Shown piece by piece: positions 58,539-64,000 of a stretch of 64,000 nucleotides of DNA (position 1 is its first letter; each line of letters starts with the position of its first letter). Below the pieces are notes generated by a model. That model was given only the letters and a program-made list of their open reading frames with translations. It was not told the origin of the DNA and searched no databases. This DNA comes from Candidatus Delongbacteria bacterium. Its GTDB lineage: Bacteria > CAIWAD01. The position numbers and the translations under genes are program-made. The stretch lies in the NCBI GenBank assembly GCA_963663545.1, contig OY760505.1, positions 480,001 to 544,000 on the forward strand, given 5' to 3'.

Positions 58539-60071
58539 ATGAACCTGAGCTGGATTGACATCACGGCCTTTGCGCTCTTTGTGCTGGGCGTTGTTGCGGT
58601 TTCCCTGATTGCCTCCCGTAAGGAAAAGGACAGCGAAGAATACTTCCTGGCCGGACGCAGCCTGAGTTGGTGGCTGATCGGTTTCTCCTTGATAGCCAGC
58701 AACATCTCGACCGAACATTTCGTCGGCATGGCAGGCCAGGGCTTCGGTGCTGTGGGTCTGGCGGTGGCCAGTTATGAGTGGTACGCGGCCGTCGTGCTGG
58801 TCCTGGTGGCGCTGGTCTTTCTGCCGCGCTTTCTGAAGCTGGGCATCTACACCATGCCCGAATTCCTCGAAGTGCGCTATGGTAAAATGCCGCGTACTAT
58901 CATGGCGGTCTTCATGATGATCGCCTATGTCGTCGTGGCGCTGGTGACCGTGCTCTACTCCGGCGCGCTGGGCTTGCAAACCATCTTCGGCATGGACCTG
59001 GTGCAAGGCATCTGGCTGATTGGTCTGCTGGCCGCCACCTATACTATTTATGGTGGACTGAAAGCCGTGGTCTGGTCCGACCTGCTGCAAGGGGCCGCAC
59101 TGCTATTAGGCGGCGCAATGGTGCTGGTGCTGGGCTTACGCGAAGTGGGCGGCCTGGGGGCGTTTCTGGCACACAACGGTGAAAAGCTGCACATGATCCT
59201 GCCCGCCGATCATCCGGACATTCCCTGGACCGCGCTGCTCTTCGGCATGTTCATCCCCCACTTCTTCTATTGGGGCTTCAACCAGTTCATCACCCAGCGC
59301 ACCCTTGGCGCCAAGAGTCTGGCGGAAGGCCAGAAGGGTATTCTCTTCGCCGCCGGACTCAAACTGATCCTGCCAATTCTGATCATTTTCCCGGGCATCA
59401 TCGCTTGGCAACTCTACCGCGAACAGATTGCCGTGGACGACCAGGCCTACGTGGTGCTGGTGAAGAATCTGCTGCCAGCGGGTCTGCGCGGATTGTTCTT
59501 TGCCGCCCTCTTTGGCGCGGTGATGAGCAGCCTGGACTCGATGCTGAACTCGGCCTCGACCATTTTCACCATGGACATCTACAAGCGACTGCTGAAGCCA
59601 CAGGCCGACACAAAAAGCCTGATGCGCGTCGGTCGCTGGTCCACGGCAGCGCTGGCGGTCTTCGGCTGTCTGCTGGCGCCTCTGCCCGCGCATTTCAGCG
59701 GCGTTTACACCTATGTGCAGATGATCTGGGGTTTCATCTCGCCGGGCATCGTCGCGGTCTTCGTCTTTGGTCTGCTGGTGCGTCGCGCGCCCGCGGCGGC
59801 AGCCAACACGGCCATGCTGATGGGCATTCCCCTCTACGGACTGCTCTTGTGGAAGCTGCCGCAAGTGGCCTTCCTGAATCACATGGGCATTACCTTCGTG
59901 GTCATCGTGCTGCTGATGGCGCTGATCACCTGGTGGAAACCGCTGGCCAAGCCTTTCGCCTTCCCCGACAAACCCGCCACTAATCTGGATCTGCGCCCGG
60001 ACGCGAACATTCGCTGGTACGGTTTAGCCATCGTGCTGGCGGTGGTGGGGCTCTATATCTTTTTCTGGTAG
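58539..60071 (+). CDS. Sodium:solute symporter (SSS, SglT-like)
   Basis: YFLAGRSL, ASNISTEHFVG, GGLKAVVWSD, QRTLGAKS and AVMSSLDSMLNS. ATG 58539 with GAGG RBS. Confidence 0.95.
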   Translation: MNLSWIDITAFALFVLGVVAVSLIASRKEKDSEEYFLAGRSLSWWLIGFSLIASNISTEHFVGMAGQGFGAVGLAVASYEWYAAVVLVLVALVFLPRFLKLGIYTMPEFLEVRYGKMPRTIMAVFMMIAYVVVALVTVLYSGALGLQTIFGMDLVQGIWLIGLLAATYTIYGGLKAVVWSDLLQGAALLLGGAMVLVLGLREVGGLGAFLAHNGEKLHMILPADHPDIPWTALLFGMFIPHFFYWGFNQFITQRTLGAKSLAEGQKGILFAAGLKLILPILIIFPGIIAWQLYREQIAVDDQAYVVLVKNLLPAGLRGLFFAALFGAVMSSLDSMLNSASTIFTMDIYKRLLKPQADTKSLMRVGRWSTAALAVFGCLLAPLPAHFSGVYTYVQMIWGFISPGIVAVFVFGLLVRRAPAAAANTAMLMGIPLYGLLLWKLPQVAFLNHMGITFVVIVLLMALITWWKPLAKPFAFPDKPATNLDLRPDANIRWYGLAIVLAVVGLYIFFW

Positions 60072-60075
60072 TAGC

Positions 60076-63000
60076 TCAGGGCGATGGGACCTGGGAGCAT
60101 ACCGTGCGAAAACCGATGAATGATGCGCTGCTAGCGGGATCCTCGTGATTGCGGTCCGCGCAGCGAACCAGCTCTCCGTCGTGGAACCAGTCGCCGCCGC
60201 GTAACACACGCTGTGTGCCCGTGGCCGCGCCCAGCGGATCGGTGGCAGGCGCGCTGCTGTAGGAGGCCCACCAGTCGCCGCACCATTCCTGCACATTACC
60301 CGCCAATTCGAAGAAGCCCAGTCCCGTGAGCGGATAGCTGCCTGTGGGCGCTGTCCAGCCCAGTAGATTGTCATAGTTCAGTAGTGAAGCGTTGGGCGTT
60401 GTATCACCCCAGGGATAATCGCGCTCGTCGTCGAACTGCGCCGCGTACTCCCACTCTGCCTCCGTGGGCAGCCGATAGCCATTGGCGAGATAGGGATTGT
60501 GTGACACAGACTGCGCCCAGTTGCCCAAATAGAAAGGTTCCAAGCCGCAAATTGTGCTGCGCCAGTCACAGTAGCAGGCGGCCCCATACCAGCTGACTTC
60601 CATCACCGGATACAACTCGCGACCGGCCTCGACCTGAAAGAGCGCTCCGTCGAAGCTGAGTTCGCTGACGCCGTTCAGATCCAGCAACTCCTGCCCGTAG
60701 GCGCTGACACTACCCGCATCGGCCTGCACCAATCCCTGCTCCCACGCCCACTGCAGCGCTGCCGCGTATTGCGCGTTGCTCACTTCATAGGCGTCCAGCA
60801 GAACGCCCTGGGTCAGTGTCACCTCATGTTCGGGGGTCGCGGCGTCCACGTCGCCCATGCGAAAATCCCCGGCAGGCACAGAGACGCAGGCCCAGCGCGG
60901 AGCGGCAAGCGATGTGTGGATCACATTGCCAGCACGATCGCCCACCCGCAGCGTAAGCGTATCACGGAAGCCGATCCAGTCGTCAGCCAGCGGCCATTGT
61001 AGCTGATACTGCGCGGTGTCGAGTTCCGTTAGCGGGAGCGCCAGCGCAGCATTCAACTCCAGCTCCAGAGCGGCACCCGTTTCAGCACCCAACGAATCAC
61101 TGGCGAGGAAAACGCTGAGGAGTAGAGTATCACCACGGCTGGCCGTCTGTTGCGGAATAAAGAAGAGCGAATCCAGAGCACAGTGCGTGTCACGGGCGAT
61201 GGAATCGAGCAGCGAGCCCGTGTTCTGTTGAAACTCGTTGCGGAGCCAAGCGTGGACGTGATACCATCCGTCGCCGGATGTCAAGGGCCAGTCGCGGCTC
61301 TGACTCAGGGGCTCCCAATGGAGAGAACTGGGTTCGGCTTCAGTTGCCAGCGCCATCTCCAGCGCACCCGTGCTTTGTATTGCCAGCGTGGCATTATCGA
61401 AGCGAGTGTAGGTCTGCGCAAAGTCGATCCGGCCCTGCACTTCTGCCGGTGTGACACAGGCTGAAGTCTCCTCCACCACCAGGAAGTCGTTGCGCAGGCG
61501 CAGCGTGACAATCTTTTCGCCAGCGCCCTCCGAAAGCAGCCACTCGACGCTTGGCACAAAGGGCAACCACTCCTCGTCGCGTGAGACGGCGGACTGCGTA
61601 GAAAGAGTTGATGCGGCACGCCTCCCGCTGTTTGAGGCAAGCGCAGAAGCCGTTGGCGACTCGTTGGCGAGCTGATACTCTACTGCGCCAGCGCCTGTCA
61701 GCTGAAGCGTCTGCAGACGATGTAACACGCTGTCTGAGCCATCGCCGATGATCAGGCTCGGCAAAATGGCAGCCACTTCGATTGAATCGGCGTACGCCGA
61801 CGAAATCGCGCCGCTGGCATTGCGGAAGCGCGCGAATACATGTTTCATTCCCGCACCATGAGCGAGGGCGAAACTGTCAAGTTGTGACACAAAGGGCTGC
61901 CAGTGTGGGCTTGTCTGCAACTGGCTCAGAATGGTGTCCACGGCCATTTCGTCGGCGCTTTCGGACCACAAGTCCAGCTGGACGAAGCGCGTAGTGGTTT
62001 CCGTCGCTCCGTCCGCAATTGTGACACGAGCCGGGATCTCGACAACGACTTCATCCTGCAGAATGCTGGACGGGACTTCAAAGCTGTTCTTGAACTGCAC
62101 CTGAACCTGGTGTGCGCCTTCATCGGTATCACGCCAAAGAGCCAGCCCTTTCTGCGTCGCGCGTAGAGTAGTAAGGGAGATCCGCCAAGGTTCTCCCGTG
62201 CTACGAGCTGGAGCCGTCCGAGCGCTTCCGTCTTCCAGCTCCCACTGCAGCAGGGTGTCCCCAAAGACTTGCCACGGTGTCTGCGTCTCGATTTGCTCGT
62301 TGGCAATACGCACGCTATCCGCCCACTGAGCGCACAGGTGCAGCGTAACAACACCCGTGGTGATGGTATCACCGCCAAGGATTTGAAAGCTGAGTTGCGA
62401 CGGTAATCGCGGTTGAATGCTTGCCTGTTTGCGCGCTTCGATGAAGAAATCGTTGCGCAGCAGCAGGTAGACGGTCTTGGTGCCCATGCCAGTTTCCAGC
62501 TCCCAGCCGACGGTGGCGGACGCGTTCTCAAGCGGGCTCCAGTCCTCGTCTAGGCGACGCCCCTTGGCCAGGGGCAGAGCTGCGGGTGTTTGTGCTGATC
62601 GCCCGTGAGTCGTCAACGCTTCAGCAAAGGGCTCGTTGGAGAGCTGATAGGCCGTGGCACCGGTCCCGCTCAGTTCCACGCTGACGTAGCGGGAAGGCGT
62701 GTAGAGCTCACCCGCGTTGATCGACAGCTGTGGCAGGAGGGCGGCAGGAGCAATACTGGCACTGGCCAGCGGTGATACGTCATTCTCTTCGAAACCCGCC
62801 TGGGCGTAAATGGTTTTGCTGCCCGCACCGGTGCTCAGTTGCCAGTCCAGCGCGCTGACGGGTTCTTGCCAGGGGGCGCCTGAGCTGTCGGAAGGCGCCC
62901 CCTCCCAGATGCGCATCCGCAGCGCGCCGTAGGCGATGAAAGTGAGTGGTACATCGCGAGTGATTGTCGTCGCGGCGCCATCGCCGATGACCAACACAGG

Positions 63001-63435
63001 AGCGGTGTCGATGCTGAGTTGGGCAATTCCGCTGCCGGGAGCTTCGGCTTCTGCCACAGCGAGGACGTAGTACGAATAGCGGTGGCCGTTCTGCAGGCCC
63101 AGGTCGAGGTAGCTGGTTTGTGTCACGCTGGTACGCAAGCTGAAGGCAGCGTCGTCAACACTGCGGTAGAGGTGATACAATTCGATGCCGGGCACATCGG
63201 GCGCCAGCCAGTTCAGCAGCGCGCCGCCTTGGGTGAGACTCGCACTTAGCTGGTAGGGGTCGCCCTGAGTGGCAGGATTCTCGGGGTCCAGCGGATTGTT
63301 GTGCGCGGGACTGGAGGGTGTATCACCCGTGCACGCGCCAAGCGCCAGCAGCAGCGGAAACAGGAGCCGCAGCGCCACGCGAAGAGTTCGCGTCCAGCTC
63401 AGTGGATTGCTGCTGTTGCTTGCGATCGGATACAT
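60076..63435 (-). CDS. Large lipoprotein: Fn3-like domain, repeated beta modules, C-terminal FGE-sulfatase domain
   Basis: LGAC lipobox, NPLDP motif, YSYYV (Fn3), repeated W-x-L-x-x-G-x-G-x-K modules, RLPTEAEWEYAA, GNVQEW, RGGDW and IGFR. Confidence 0.85.
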   Translation of the reverse strand: MYPIASNSSNPLSWTRTLRVALRLLFPLLLALGACTGDTPSSPAHNNPLDPENPATQGDPYQLSASLTQGGALLNWLAPDVPGIELYHLYRSVDDAAFSLRTSVTQTSYLDLGLQNGHRYSYYVLAVAEAEAPGSGIAQLSIDTAPVLVIGDGAATTITRDVPLTFIAYGALRMRIWEGAPSDSSGAPWQEPVSALDWQLSTGAGSKTIYAQAGFEENDVSPLASASIAPAALLPQLSINAGELYTPSRYVSVELSGTGATAYQLSNEPFAEALTTHGRSAQTPAALPLAKGRRLDEDWSPLENASATVGWELETGMGTKTVYLLLRNDFFIEARKQASIQPRLPSQLSFQILGGDTITTGVVTLHLCAQWADSVRIANEQIETQTPWQVFGDTLLQWELEDGSARTAPARSTGEPWRISLTTLRATQKGLALWRDTDEGAHQVQVQFKNSFEVPSSILQDEVVVEIPARVTIADGATETTTRFVQLDLWSESADEMAVDTILSQLQTSPHWQPFVSQLDSFALAHGAGMKHVFARFRNASGAISSAYADSIEVAAILPSLIIGDGSDSVLHRLQTLQLTGAGAVEYQLANESPTASALASNSGRRAASTLSTQSAVSRDEEWLPFVPSVEWLLSEGAGEKIVTLRLRNDFLVVEETSACVTPAEVQGRIDFAQTYTRFDNATLAIQSTGALEMALATEAEPSSLHWEPLSQSRDWPLTSGDGWYHVHAWLRNEFQQNTGSLLDSIARDTHCALDSLFFIPQQTASRGDTLLLSVFLASDSLGAETGAALELELNAALALPLTELDTAQYQLQWPLADDWIGFRDTLTLRVGDRAGNVIHTSLAAPRWACVSVPAGDFRMGDVDAATPEHEVTLTQGVLLDAYEVSNAQYAAALQWAWEQGLVQADAGSVSAYGQELLDLNGVSELSFDGALFQVEAGRELYPVMEVSWYGAACYCDWRSTICGLEPFYLGNWAQSVSHNPYLANGYRLPTEAEWEYAAQFDDERDYPWGDTTPNASLLNYDNLLGWTAPTGSYPLTGLGFFELAGNVQEWCGDWWASYSSAPATDPLGAATGTQRVLRGGDWFHDGELVRCADRNHEDPASSASFIGFRTVCSQVPSP

Positions 63436-63509
63436 GGCGTCCCATTCCCGCTTGATTCGTGGACAGGGATATAAAGAACGCTGTGCTTTTAGCCAACCCT
63501 CCCCTCTTC

Positions 63510-63545
63510 ATCGCTATCGGTATCGGTATCGGTATCGCTATCGAT
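63510..63545 (-). repeat. Hexamer tract (ATCGGT/ATCGCT)n, same family as 58320-58442, opposite orientation
   Basis: ATCGCTATCGGTATCGGTATCGGTATCGCTATCGAT. Confidence 0.8.
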
Positions 63546-63669
63546 TCTTTTCTCTTCTCCCCTGGATTCCAGAGGACGAAAGGCAAACAGCCTGTCGCGA
63601 TATTGAGCCAATCCCGACTCGAGCCTGGCTCATTTGCTGGTTGGATTCATGCTGCCGGAACGTGAGGAA

Positions 63670-63704
63670 CGATACCGATCCTGCCGCTTGCGGCAGGCAC
63701 CGAT
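63670..63704 (+). repeat. REP-like element with CCTGCCGCTTGCGGCAGG hairpin
   Basis: CGATACCGAT-CCTGCCGCTTGCGGCAGG-CACCGAT, just downstream of a minus-strand stop. Confidence 0.7.
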
Positions 63705-63713
63705 AAGAAGAGA

Positions 63714-64000
63714 TCACTCTGTCGGGGTAGACTCCAGTACTGCGCGATAATCGGCATCCAGCACTCGGGCGAAATCGTCACCCTCGGCGGTATAGATTGC
63801 GCGTATCACGCCCTGGGCGTCGGCCAGAACGGTGATGGGCAGACTGGAACGCGTGGCCTCGCTGCCGGACAGGGGAATACCGAAGCGCTCGGCAACAGCG
63901 CCGAAGCGGTCCTGCACCAGCGGCAGGGTCCAGGCGTGCTTCGCGCGCGCCTCCTCGACGACCTCCAGCTTCTCACCCACATTGATGAAAAGCATGTTGG
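63714..64000 (-). CDS. Thioredoxin-fold (TlpA/peroxiredoxin-like) protein, 3' part only
   Basis: LFINVGE, LPLVQDRFGAVAERFGI and LPITVLADAQGVIR (cis-Pro motif). 5' end lies outside the window. Confidence 0.7.
   Translation of the reverse strand, partial: NMLFINVGEKLEVVEEARAKHAWTLPLVQDRFGAVAERFGIPLSGSEATRSSLPITVLADAQGVIRAIYTAEGDDFARVLDADYRAVLESTPTE

Noticed and set aside
43193..63435. Diversity-generating retroelement targeting the two FGE-sulfatase (CLec-fold) proteins
   Set aside because: No reverse transcriptase or Avd, and no template repeat differing only at adenines was found. A remote DGR cannot be excluded.

Overview
GC-rich (~59-60%) bacterial chromosomal segment, most likely from an FCB-superphylum candidate lineage. 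This is inferred from a protein ending in an 'FPNPFNPTT...QKLVLVK' sorting domain, a Wzi-like barrel and a PPDK_N-regulator/gdhA cluster. About 42 CDS, mostly on the minus strand. Secreted and envelope proteins: a >1550-aa S8 protease running off the left edge (absent from the ORF track) and two FGE-sulfatase-domain lipoproteins. Transport: ZIP, MFS, SulP, DMT and SSS transporters, a sigma54-driven RND efflux operon with a divergent GAF-bEBP, and a metal-uptake cluster with two TonB-dependent receptors. Housekeeping and metabolism: typA, xth, argS, trmL, tRNA-Gln, ndk, arcC, an SbcD-like nuclease and tandem gdhA paralogs. Regulation: an ECF sigma/anti-sigma operon and two-component genes. No CRISPR array, integrase, transposase or reverse transcriptase was seen. 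The most notable unexplained signals are: (1) a window-wide, roughly 6-7-fold over-represented palindrome GTRWYAC (HIP1-like); (2) a His-rich upstream ORF ending in a RAPP ribosome-arrest motif ahead of a His-lipoprotein/TonB-receptor operon; (3) a structured 109-bp tandem array directly behind tRNA-Gln; (4) REP-like elements with constant CGATAC flanks but variable hairpins; (5) a 114-bp MITE-like inverted-repeat element. All calls come from manual reading of the sequence; no database searches were run.
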